From the NCBI RefSeq assembly GCF_009914755.1, contig NC_060925.1: a DNA stretch of 64,000 bases; one strand, written 5' to 3'. This DNA is from the human T2T-CHM13v2.0 reference genome, Homo sapiens. The notes under the pieces are model-generated. The model ran no database searches. It saw only the letters and a program-made list of their open reading frames with translations, and was not told the DNA's origin. Positions 39,581 to 64,000 of this stretch are shown here, piece after piece. The position numbers and the translations under genes are program-made. Numbering within the stretch: position 1 is the stretch's first letter; each line of letters begins with the position of its first letter.

Positions 39581-42500
39581 CTGAACCATTTTTATTCTTT
39601 CAGAAATGTGATTGATAACAGTAAAGCCACACTCCTCAAGTGCCTGAAATACCCCTCATTGTCTTCTTCAGGTGGCAAGGGCTCTGGAACAGCCACATAA
39701 AGGTGAGGGCAATATTTTTACTGTAGTTCTTTCATTGATTGGTCGATTGATTGATTTTTTTCTCTTAGAGGGTTAGCATACATTTATCTGAAATTGAAAT
39801 TCAAGAGGAGAGACAGGCACCTGTACTAGTTTTCTCTCGCTGCCTATTATCACATTACCACAAACCAGTGGTTTGAAACCACAGAAGTCTGGAATGAAGC
39901 GGCCGGGTTCTCTGATCAGAGTCATGTGAGACTAAAATCCGGGAATGGGCTGGCTGTGTTTTTTTCCTAGAGCTCAAGCTATTTTTCCAGGTTCACTACA
40001 GATAATGAAAGAGTTCCTATTCTTGTTTGTGGGGGACTGAGGGCCCTTTTTCTGTGCTGGCTGTCAGCGGGGAGACAGTCTACTCTGACTCCAGAGGCCA
40101 CGTGCTTTCCTCCTTACCTGTCTGTTTCATCTTTCAACCAATAACAACTTATGGAGTCCTTCTCAAGCTCCCACCTTCTCTGACTTCATCTTCTCCAACC
40201 AGCCACACAAAGCTCTGTCATGTATGGAGTGATGTGATTAGATCCAGTTCATGCGGTAACCTCACCATCTTAAAGTCATATAACTGGCATATAACAATGT
40301 AGTCACAGGAATGGTGTCTCATCACCTTAAGAGGCTTTAGAGACAAGGGTGTGGCATGTTTGGGGACCATTTCAGAAATTCCATCTACCACAGTAGGACA
40401 CTCACATTCCCCCATCTGCAAAGTGCATTTACCCTCTCCCCTGAGGTTTCCAGATTTCATGTCATTAAAGCATTAGTTCAACATGAAAAATGTCATGTAG
40501 ACCACATCAGATCAAAAGCTTAAAATCCCATCTAAAACATCCACACCAGGTGTGAATGAGGCTTCCGAGAGTGTCCATTAAGTGCAGATCCTTGACATAA
40601 TTCCCTTACCTCTGTCGACCTGTGAAACTGAACAAACAGCTTATCTGTCCCTAATGTGAAATGATGGGACAGGCATAGAATAACAACTACAGTGATTCTA
40701 GTTCAAAATGAGGGAACATGGAGGGGATAAAGAAGTCACTAACCCAAAATAGTTTGGAAATGGAGCTGGGCAAAATCCCGCAGGAGTTTCTTAGTAAGGA
40801 TCCACAGCCTGGGACTGACCCTCTGTCCTGTGGGTCTTTGCCTCTGGGCTCTCTGCTCTGCATTTCTTGAAACCATTATTATTTATCATTTTTCTCACAC
40901 TGTTTTGCGTATGGCTCCTATTGCACTCAAAATGTTTTTGAGATTCATCCATGTTGTTTTGTGTGTCAAAAGTTTGTTCCTTTAGCCATTCCATGGAATG
41001 AATGTATCACATTCTTGTATTGATAGATATTTGAATGTATATTGATAGATATTTGAATACAAGAATGTATCCATTCTTGTATTGATAGATATTTGAATGT
41101 TTCCAGTTTTTCCTATTACGAATAAAACTGCTATGGACATTCTTGTATATATCATTTTCTGCACATATGTTTTAATTTCTCTTGGATAAATGCTTAGGAA
41201 TTACTGAGTCATAGAATAGGTAGTTGTTTAGTTCTGTAAGAATATGCCAGACGTTTTTTCCCAAAGTGTTTATACTATTGTACATTCCAACCATTAATGT
41301 ATGAAGGTGAGAAAGCTTTCGCTACTTCCAAAGAGGCCTCTCTATATACATGTAATTTTTTCTAACTGGAGACAGGCTGATGACTTCAGGGACATGAGCA
41401 TGGGATACCTGTCATCACCACCACCATGAAGTTGGGATTCAGGAAGGAGTTTAATCATGTAAAGAATCCTGTGACCAGTATGAGCTTCTCTCAGGCCACA
41501 CAGGGCACTCAAGTGAACAGGGTCATGGTAAGAAAGTGTCTCATTGGTAAAACCTTTTCCTCTGGGGAGGTAAATAAATTATTTGTTTCTTCTTGGTAGC
41601 CCTTGAAGATAAGGATGGTCAAACAAAATAATATCATACCTGGAGAAACTCAGATCTTGCTAAGATTTACTGGTTGGGAATCCAAAGTTAATGCCAAGAA
41701 GCAGCTGCCAGTTGGGATCAAATGTGAGCCTATGGATCAAGGTGCGTACTCAAACACAGAGAGCTTTCTGAAAGATGCTACCAGTAGTTTTTCCAGGGCA
41801 GAGATGTGTCCTTTATTTTTCTCTCTAATCTAGCCCATATGCTTAGCTGAGTTTTCTTCATATCACTTTAAATGATGATGTCCCTTGTTCAACAATTTTC
41901 TAAACATTCTTTAGATAATAATTTTATGGGCATTCTTTATTGCATTAGGCTTAAATTTAATGCATCTTAAGGTTTTATTGCAAAATATTGCCTTGTTTCC
42001 TTTTTAAGATGATACAATTTATAATATGCAAATTTGCTGTCTGTCCCCTCCCTTTATGTACATAGAAAATGAGCAAACAGGTGGCCATGAAACAGATGGT
42101 CATAGAATTGTTTCAGTGCTTGTGAGTGCAGCAACCCAAGAGTGTCTTATCTGAAATACCACCAGGAATGTCTGGACACAGTAGACAAAGGTTTTTCAAC
42201 AGGATGCCTTAGGATACATGCTTCCAAAAACAAAGTAGCCAAAAAGAAACCAGAGTCACAGAATATCAGAGCCAGAGGAACATTTGGAGGTAATTCAGTA
42301 CCTCCTCCTTTTCAGCCTACAGGGGAGATAGTGGAAGAGAAGCAGGGATGGGTCTGCCTTCTGTGCCCACAATTCATTGGAGATTGTTGTGGTGAAGAAT
42401 TTCTTTTATGATGAAGGAGAAATAAACTCCCATCAGCTTTAATTCAGGCAGGTTTATTGAAAAGGTGAAGAAGCATCTTGCAGAAGCAAAGCATGGTTGA

Positions 42501-44498
42501 GGCTTGTGGGCTCTGTCTGGACAAATGAGCAGCCGACAGTGGCTGGTGCTGCCCCTGACTCTAGGGCCGTGTGGTCTGTGGTTGTCTGTGAGCATCTCTT
42601 CTATTCTCTTGCATCGTCCCTCAGCCTGGCAGTCTCTGTGTACTCTTCAACACATAATTGAGTGAGGCTGTACCAGCCCCAATGCCATGTAGCACTTTAT
42701 GTCAAATTAGAAAGGCATGAAATAAACTGGCCCTTTATAATACAACTGTTGGAACAACAGTTGAAAATAACAATATCTTGACTCCTGGTTGAGTGCTTTA
42801 TGCTGAGCTTTCTTTTCTGAATATGAGCACAGACTTGGGGATATTAGTGTCACCTAGCGTTATTAGCTAGTATTCTCCTTTTGTTTCCCCATAACATCCC
42901 CTCCTCCTTCCCACAGATCCACTTTCCACTCATTTCCATCCTGTCTTACGCCACTTGGGGCTTGTCCCTTCTAGAATGCATCCCTGGCTCCCCTGTGTGC
43001 ACACTTCTAGTTAGGTTTAGCAATGTGGGCACCCGATGGAGCCTGGAAGTGAGAGGAAGGTGAGGTCCGTATTTCTTCCCTCTCCCTCCCTGCTCTGGCA
43101 CTGAGTATCTGACAATAGCTGCATCTGTCTATTACTTCAGTGGCCACTCTTCCACAGCCCCAATTCTCAGTGGGTCCCATAGCATTATTTACCTTTGTTC
43201 CTTTAGCTCCCACCAAGGAAGACCCAGAGGCATTCTCCTCACCAAGGCATTAAGAAATGCATGGGTGAGGGGAACAGCGGCGTGCATGTAAAGGTCCTGT
43301 GGCGCCTCTCCTCTACAGGCTGGAGGTCATGGCGGGAGATGCTGCATGGATTTGCCCTCCCTGCTGTCAGAACAACAGGGTTCTGGAAGAGTAGAGGACA
43401 GGCCGTGGGACTTGGCTGTCTAGAGACAAGGCGGGAGGGATTTCCTTGAGAGGCAGGGACATGTGGTGGTTACTAATCATTGTGAGGTGTCTGGGATGTA
43501 ATGGATGGGAAATCTACTAAGAAGTCAACTTATGTAATAATTAGAAAAGCTCTAGTTCTGAGGACAGAGACCTGTTGGAGTCACCATAGTGGAAATTTAT
43601 GACCTGGTATCCAGTTCAGATACCTGGAGCTTCTTGACTGGGGGGAGATTGGATCCCTTGGGGAAGAGTGAAGCCTTCAATGCTGCCACAAGTGTGATCC
43701 GCCCGCCTCAGCCTCCCAAAGTGCTGGGATTACAGGCGTGAGCCACCATGCCCGGCCTCTTTTTTATATTTAAAAAATATCATTTTATATATTACCAGGG
43801 CAAAAGAGAAAACTCGTATGATTACGTGGTCATACACAGTAAAAGCATTTGGCAAAATTGAAAACTTTTTTCATGATTTATAAAAACAAACCCCAGAAAA
43901 TGCTCAGCATGATGAGAACAGAAGGCAACACTTCCAACCCCATTAAGGGCAGATTTGAAGAACCCACAGGTAACATTATATTAAATGGCATAAGATTGAA
44001 TGCTTTTCTATTAAATCAGAGAAAAAAGTAGAATACCTGCTGTTACTCTTTTAATTCAGCATTATACTAGAGCTCTAAGTCAATGCAATAAAGTAAGAAA
44101 AATTAATAAAGTATTGAAAAGAAAGAATTGAAGCTGTCTTTATTCACAGATAATGACTGTGTTTGTTAACAATGCTAGAAATCTACAAAAATCTACCAGA
44201 ACTAATCAGTGAGTTTGGTAGTGTTGCAGAATGTAAGCTCTCAATGTAAGTGGTCTTTTGTATTTCTGTATATTAGCAATGAGCATTTGGAAAATGAAAT
44301 AAGAATACAATTTCATTTAAAGTAACATCTAAATACATGTTGTGCTTATAAATAAATTCAACAGACTGGGCACCATGGCTCACACTTGTAATCTCAGCAC
44401 TTTGGGAAGCCGAGGTGGGCAGATCATGAGGTCAGGAGATGGAGACCATCATGCCTAACACAGTGAAACCCCATCTCTACTAAAAATACAAAAAATTA

Positions 44499-44699
<201 letters not shown>

Positions 44700-45126
44700 T
44701 TATGTAAGGCCAGTACACCAAAAACTACAAAAAATTGCTTTGAGAAATTATGAAAGAACTAAATTAGTGGGGAGATAAACCTTGTCATGGATCAGAAGAG
44801 TTGTTATGTTTAAAGAGTCAGTTCTTCGTAAATTGATCTCCAGATCCAATGCAATTCTAATAAAAATTCCAAGTGGCATTTTGGTAGAAATTTTCAAGCT
44901 GATTCTACCATTTATATGGTAATGTCAATGATCAAGAATAATAAAATAGCAATATTATAAAAGAATAATGGTGAATGAATTCACTACCTATTTCCAGAAT
45001 TACTCTACAGCTATGAAAATCAAGATTATGTGTTTTGTTGAAAAAAAAAATAGAATATATATCAGTGGAAGAGAAGAGAGAATCCAGAAATAGATACTCA
45101 CATGTATGTCTAATTGATTCTTAGGA

Positions 45127-45170
45127 CATATATATATGTATACACACCCCCACACACACACACACAAACA

Positions 45171-45207
<37 letters not shown>

Positions 45208-45281
45208 TCACCGTTTTGAAGATTATCATCTCCAAATAGGGAATATATATATATATATACACACACACACATATATATATT
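45127..45281. repeat. Compound (TA)n/(CA)n/(TG)n microsatellites in inverted arrangement
   Basis: Direct reading of the sequence. Confidence 0.9.
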
Positions 45282-45658
45282 GCAGTCTGATAAGATAAAC
45301 AGCACAATGAAACAATTTCTCAAAAGACTTGAATAGATACTTCAGAAAAGAAGATACATGAATGGTCAATTAGCATAGGAAAAGATGCTCCACTGTTTAG
45401 TCATCAGGGAGATCAATCAGTGCAACAATGAGATACCAGTACATATCCATAAGAATGGCTAAAATTAAAAAGGCTGAAAATAGCACATGTTGGTGAGGAT
45501 ATAAAGCACTTGGAAGTCTTATACTTGTAGGAATGAAAAATGGTATTGCTCCTTTGAAAATCTAACAGTTTCTTAAAGGTTAAACATAACACAAATCAGA
45601 TAGACAGTCATTCCATTCCTAGGAATTTACACACTGTGTCTGCACAATGATCTGTATG

Positions 45659-46327
45659 TGTGTTTCCAGACCAACCTGAGGGGCGGGCTGCTATTTCTCG
45701 TGGCTCAGTAACGAGACACAGATGAACTGGGGAGGAAGAGAGTTTTGACTTCTGCAACTGGTTACAGGGAAACGGCCTGGAAATTATCACCAGACCAACT
45801 CAAAATTGGAAAGTTTTCCTGAGCTAATGTACCTTCTAAGCTATATGTGTATGTGGAAGTGTGCATTCATCTAAATACATAAGTGATTAACTTCTTTTAA
45901 TCTATAACTAAGTCTGAGTCCTAAAGACCTTCCTCTGGAACCTCAGTTAAATTCACTTAATCTAAATGGGTCTAGGTGCTGGGGGCCCTTATCTTGTCTC
46001 CTGCTAAATCACAGAGGTTTGGAGAGTCCCTTCAGATCTCCAATAAACTTGTCTGTGGAGGCCTGGGGAGTTTCTTCAGACCCCCAGTAAAACTCGTTTA
46101 ATACTAAATGGCTCCTGTTAAGAATGCCTTCGTTATTTCGTCATGCTTTAAGGCCCAGGAAAAACCTAGGCAAAACTCTTGGTGGGCTTTTGTTACATTC
46201 CAGCCTTTGTATAAGGGCACTGGCTTTTTTTTTTTTTTTTTTTCCTCTTAATATTTAATTGAACCACTCAGTCGCTACTGAAACAGTTTTTAGGGAGGCC
46301 TGTGTTAGTGAGACCTGGCCTGCTACG
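45659..46327 (-). mobile_element. ERV1-class solo LTR (LTR15-like)
   Basis: Reverse complement begins GTAGCAGGCCAGGTCTCACTAACACAGGCC; 4-bp TSD TATG; interrupts an L1M 3' region. Confidence 0.75.
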
Positions 46328-47259
46328 TATGGATGCTCATGATAGTTTCTTCATAATAGCCCAAACGTGGAATGATAGAAATGTCCAATAATAAGTGAAA
46401 GTACAAACATACATGGTATAGCCACATGAAGGAATACTACTCAGTATTTACAAGACATTACAGATGGATTTTAAAATTACATTGATGCATGAAAGAAGGC
46501 AGACACAAAAGAACACAGGTATCATTTCATTTATAGAAAATGGTTAAAAATGCAAACGGACCTGAAGTGACAGTGGCTCCTTGGGGCTGAGGGTTGAAAG
46601 GCTGATGAACTGCAAAGGGGTACAAGAAACTTTTGGGCATAGGGAATTTCCTCTATCTTGGTTGTGGCAGTAGTTCCGTTAGTGCATCCATTTGTAAACG
46701 TGCATTGAATTACACATTTTAAAGTGGTGCAGTCTGTTGTACCGAAATTATGCCTTTATAAAGTTGATTTCATCATCTTAATTTCTCCATACTAGCAATT
46801 AGCAGCTAGAAAATGAAATTCAATAAAACATAATAGAGATTAATAGCCAGAATCATTACATGCTTAACAATACATGCAATGAAGCAGGTACGAGGCCCCT
46901 AAAAGCAATTGGTGAGAAAAATTAAAGAAGGCTAAATAAATATATATCATGTTCATTGATTGGAAGACTCAATTTTGTTAGCATATTACATCAACACAAT
47001 TCTGATTAATATTTCTAGTAGGAGATTTTAGAGAAATTTGAAAGCTAGTTTCAAAATGTATTTGAAAATCAAAGAACCTAGAATAAGCAAGTCGGTCTTG
47101 AAGAAGCAATAAGTTGGAGGACTTGCTCTGCTAGATTTCAAACCTGATTTTAAAGCTACAGTAATTTAAAAACAGTAGTAATGGTGTAAGTATTCATAAA
47201 TATATCAAAGCAAAAGAATACAGATTCAAACAATATGCCCACATATGTACAGTTATTGA

Positions 47260-48068
47260 TTTTTTTTAGTAGAATCTTTTTTATTCATAAAAAATCCATC
47301 AAAACAAAAAAGTTTTCCAGCCACACACAGGAGGGGTATGGGTGGGGGAAGGTGTCTGTCCATCTATCCCTGGCCCCCAGCCCATGTGGTTTTGGCAGCA
47401 ATAAGGTGTGTGGGGTAATGACTCCTGAAATTAAAATGGTGTGTGTATGTGAAGGAAAGGCGGGCAAAGCTGTGGGGAGCGGTGGAGTGGAAGGAACAAA
47501 GGAGGTCAGTACTGGGAACGCTGAAGGTGGGAGGCCATTTCATAACATTACTTGTTGATGAAATTGCCATGGATACCTTCTTTGCCCATCAGCAGGCCTA
47601 GCGTCTTGGCAGTCATGGTGACAATGACGTTGAAGGTGGGGGCTCCACCGATGCTCTTCATACAAAGATCCGTGGTCAATTCCCCATCCTGCAGCAGTGA
47701 GTCCAGGACCACAGTATATTTCTGGCCCCCCAGTGTCAGCCCATTCATGACAAAGCTTGACCAGTCTTTGCCAACCAGGACACCAACCTCAGCTGGCGTG
47801 ATGTTGAGGAAGGTTTTCCCTGGGACGGTGGCACAGATGGAAGGTGGGTCCTTGTTGCCCACAATGGCCGTGTCCTAACAGGTCCCGTCCGCCACGAGGC
47901 TGTAGATGGAGGTGTCCACCTGGCCTTTGCGTTGCTGCAGGGGCTCCTCTGGTCGCTGCTGCTGGGGCCGCCTGGGCTGGCGGGTTGGGGAGGCGGAGAG
48001 CTCGATGCAGGTGCTGTCCTCCTCGCCACGACTCTGCTAGCTGTGCAGTAGCCCTCGCTCCGCCACTT
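47260..48068 (-). pseudogene. PFN1 (profilin-1) processed pseudogene, disabled (probably PFN1P4)
   Basis: Intronless CDS-equivalent 47927-47506 (..[29 protein letters not shown]..). ATG is replaced by AAG, with a frameshift near the start and in-frame TAG/TAA. AATAAA at ~47285-47280 and a short A-tail at 47260-47267. Confidence 0.93.
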
Positions 48069-48485
48069 AAAAAAGAAAAAATATATATATAATATATATA
48101 TACACGTGTTATATATATTGTATATTATGTATATACACGTATTATATATATACACGTATGTATATACACGTATATATAATATATATTCGTGTGTGTATAT
48201 ATATTTTATATATACGTGTATACATGTATATATGTGTATATATATAATATATATACATGTGTATATATAAATAATACATATACACGTGTATATATATTAT
48301 ATATATATATACACGTGTGCCATGTTGGTTTGCTGCACCCATTAACTCGTCATTTACACCAGGTATATATCCTAATGCTATCCCTCCCCCAGCCCTCACC
48401 CCATGACAGGCCCTGGTGTGTGATGTTCCCCGCCCTGTGTCCAAGTGTTCTCATTGTTCAATTCCCACCCATGAGTGAGAACATG
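48069..48485 (-). mobile_element. 5'-truncated L1PA 3'UTR fragment (48312-48485) preceded by a ~240-bp TA-rich repeat
   Basis: gtgccatgttggtttgctgcacccattaactcgtcattta is L1PA 3'UTR antisense; flanked by a 15-bp diverged TSD. Confidence 0.8.
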
Positions 48486-49447
48486 CTCGCACCGCCGCTT
48501 CTAAATGTTTTAAAAACAAAGACACCAATGCCCTTCATTGGGGAAATGAAAGACTTTTAAGTAAAACGATTTTGAGTGAAATAATATTTGTTGTTTTAAA
48601 AAGTTAATATTAACCACTCTCCATCATATATTGAAATTAACTTAAGATGTGAAAGTTAAAATTAGAAACCTTGTAAAGGAAAAATAGGAAATAGTTTCAT
48701 GAACTTGACACAGGAAAATATTTCTTAGACTAGATACTGTAGCACTCACCACAATAAGAAATCAAGCGAATTGCACTTCATTTTTAAAAAGCTTCTCCTT
48801 ATTATGTTGTTGTTTAACAACTTAAACGCTATCTCTAGACCAGGAATAATTATTTGCTATATAATACAGCAAAAAATATGTATGTATAAATGGACTCATT
48901 CAAAATATATAAAGAACTCCTATTACAAAGAAATTGACAAACAGCCCAGTATATCAATGAATATAAAAATTTGAGAAGATATTTTCCATAAGAAGATATC
49001 TAAATGAACATTAGGCATGAGAAAACCAAATTTTAGGATATCACTACACACCTGGCATAGTTTAAAAGACTGAAAATATTAAGTGTGTGGGAATGTAGAG
49101 CAACTGGAAATGGCCTACATCTTTCATAGAAATGTAAAACAATACAAATACTTTGCAAAACTCTGTCCAACATTTTCTACCCATTCACCAAGCAACTCCA
49201 TCCCTAGCTATAGATACCCAGGAAAATAAGTATGTATCTTCACAGAAATAATTGTATGAGAATATTCATAGTTACTTATGCACAGTAGTTATCAAGTAAA
49301 CCTGTCTCCCATCAGAAAAATGGATATAAAATTGTGTGATAATCATACAATCAATAGGATATTACTTGGCCAAAACAAAATGAAACAAGGGAAAAACACA
49401 ATCAAACAAATTAGTGGCATATATACCCACCTGAGTAAAGAGAAGTC

Positions 49448-49760
49448 GGCCGTGTGCGGTGGCTCACGCCTGTAATCCCAGCACTTTGGGAGGCCGAGGC
49501 GGCAGATCACGAGGTCAGGAGATCGAGACCATCCTGGCTAACACAGTGAAACCCCGTCTCTACTAAAAATACAAAAAAAAAAAAAAGAAAAATTAGCCGG
49601 GCGTGGTGGCGGGCGCCTGTATTCCCAGCTACTTGGGAGTCTGAGGCAGGAGAATAGCGTGAACCTGGGAGGCAGAGCTTGCAGTGAGCCTAGATCGCGT
49701 CACTGCACTCCAGCCTGGGCGACAGAGTGAGACTCTGTCTCAAAAAAAAAAAAAAAAAAA
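49448..49760 (+). mobile_element. AluY-like
   Basis: gagatcgagaccatcctggctaacac and gcgtgaacc/gagcttgcagt diagnostic motifs; A-tail. Confidence 0.88.
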
Positions 49761-50112
49761 GTCAAAACAAGAGAACATACTAAATGATTCCATTTTTTTA
49801 TTTATGACTTCATGACTACCATTAAGAAAATATAACCTGTTGGGAAACTGTTTCTGCCTTGATGATGTTGTACAGACAAGAGATAAACAGTGAGGAATAT
49901 GCTTAGATGTATTGGGAAAGACACGGGTCTGTGGCATTGTCACAAGGGTACACGAATACTGAGAGTGAATGCTGAAGGAATGATCCCCATTGGTGGTGAC
50001 CCTCAGGTGAGACTAGGGTGCCTGTGTTTCAGCAAAGCCTGGGCAATTGGAATGCAGGGCTCCTAAGATTCCATGACACCCCTACCTTCTAATTCTGTTA
50101 TTGCAACTGCAG

Positions 50113-50260
50113 ACGGTTACCTGGCACGCTGGCCACAATCTACCTCACTCTTATCAGAGTCTGAGCAGTGCTTTCAGCTCTGAGTTGAGGCACCTCGAAC
50201 CTTGTTTTTGTGGTGAAGGATCCTAAAGTGCTGTGGGGAGTGATCACATTTTTCACAACA
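50113..50260 (+). other. NBPF 5'UTR exon immediately upstream of the start exon
   Basis: Acceptor ttattgcaactgcag|, strong donor caaca|gtaagt, then a 102-nt intron to 50363. Confidence 0.75.
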
Positions 50261-50397
50261 GTAAGTTAAGAATTTCAGTTACTGACATCCCTCAGTCCTG
50301 ATTAAACCTATTTGATTTCACCAGTTTTTAACCCATCATATGTTTGGGTTTCTTCTCCCCAGTCCCTGACTCCACCTCTTCTGCCACAAACGTCAGC

Positions 50398-62960
<12,563 letters not shown>

Positions 62961-63192
62961 GTAATGTTGTGGAATTGTTGGCTGTTAATTCAGTAGTGAC
63001 ATCTGGAGATTGTAGATTTAGGGAAAATGAGGAAGTGATGAATAGAACTATTTCTTCCATTCACCCAGCTACAAATTGTGCTGATTTACAATGTTGTATG
63101 TCATTTGTGGCACTTGTGTTGGTTTTAATTTCATAGTCCTCTCAAGATAGGAACTTGCCATCAGATGAGCCAGGTGAACTAGCCAAACAGGG

Positions 63193-64000
63193 TTTTCTTG
63201 TTGATCTTTTCAAAAAACCAGCCCTGGATTCATTGATTTTTTGAAGGGTTTTTTGTGTCTCTATCTCCTTTAGTTCTGCTCTGATCTTAGTTACTTCTTG
63301 TCTTCTGCTAGCTTTTGAATTTGTTTGCTTTGCTTCTCTAGTTATTTTAATTGTGATGTTAGGGTGTCAATTTTAGATCTTTTCTGCTTTCTCTTGTGGG
63401 CATTTAGTGCTATAATTTTCCCTCTACACATTGCTTTAAATGTGTCCCAGAGATTCTGGTATGTTGTGTCTTTGTTCTCATTGGTTTCAAAGAACATCTT
63501 TATTTCTGCCTTCATTTTGTTATTTTCCCAGTAGTCATTCAGGAGCAGGTTGTTGAGTTTCCATGTAGTTGTGCAGTTTTCAGTGAGTTTCTTAATCCTG
63601 AGTTCTAATTTGATTGCACTGTGGTCTGACAGTTTGTTGTGATTTCCATTCTTTTACATTTGCTGACGAGTGCTTTACCTCCAACTATGTGGTCAATTTT
63701 GGAATAAGTGTGATGTGATGCTGAGAAGAATGTATATTCTGTTGATTTGGGGTGGAGAGTTCTGTAGATGTCTTTTAGGTCTGCTTGGTGCAGAGCTGAG
63801 TTCAAGTCCTGGATATCCTTGTTAAGCTTCTGTCTCATTGATCTGTCTAATATTGACAGTGGGGTGTTAAAGTCTCCCATGATGATTGTGTGGAGTCTAA
63901 ATCTCTTTGTAGGTCTCTCAGGACTTGCTTTATGAATCTGGGTGCTCCTGTATAGGGTGCATATATATTTAGGATAGTTAACTCTTCTTGTTGAATTGAT
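63193..64000 (-). mobile_element. L1PA fragment covering the ORF2 endonuclease region, frameshifted
   Basis: Minus-strand translation GDFNTPLSILDRSMRQKLNKDIQDLNSALHQADL.DIYRTLHPKSTEYTFFS..H.TYSKIDHI. Confidence 0.92.

Noticed and set aside
47548-47862. 104-aa profilin-like ORF as a functional gene
   Set aside because: Start ATG lost, upstream frameshift and stop, premature TAA removes the C-terminal helix, many substitutions.
63605-63880. 91-aa endonuclease-like ORF
   Set aside because: Frameshifted L1 ORF2 fragment, not an active element.

Overview
Primate (apparently human) genomic DNA from the chr1 NBPF segmental-duplication region. The translated exons and the two nested retrocopies best match NBPF11 at 1q21, from memory; a near-identical paralog is not excluded. 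1-14.5 kb: mostly old repeats (MIR, L2, MLT1, MADE2) plus unique segments that look like decayed minus-strand coding exons. 14.6-21 kb: CpG-rich fossil U1 snRNA/tRNA cluster (tRNA-Glu-TTC, U1 and two divergent tRNA-Gly-CCC relics). 25.0-26.2 kb: CpG-island promoter and first exon of the + strand NBPF gene. Its 5' leader region (~25 kb) holds an antisense, semi-processed ABHD17A retrocopy that retains one intron and an intact 310-codon frame, an HERV-K LTR5 solo LTR, an LTR15-like LTR, a dead PFN1 processed pseudogene and several 5'UTR exons. 50.4-63.0 kb: 11 NBPF coding exons, made of a tandemly duplicated ~6.3-kb coiled-coil + Olduvai (DUF1220) CON1 unit and the first CON2 exon; the gene continues past the window. 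Top leads: the potentially coding ABHD17A retrogene, a phase-consistent fossil coding gene at 1-8.8 kb, a five-exon spliced uORF in the NBPF leader, and a U1 relic whose antisense strand is a consensus splice donor. All comparisons to reference sequences are from memory and by eye.
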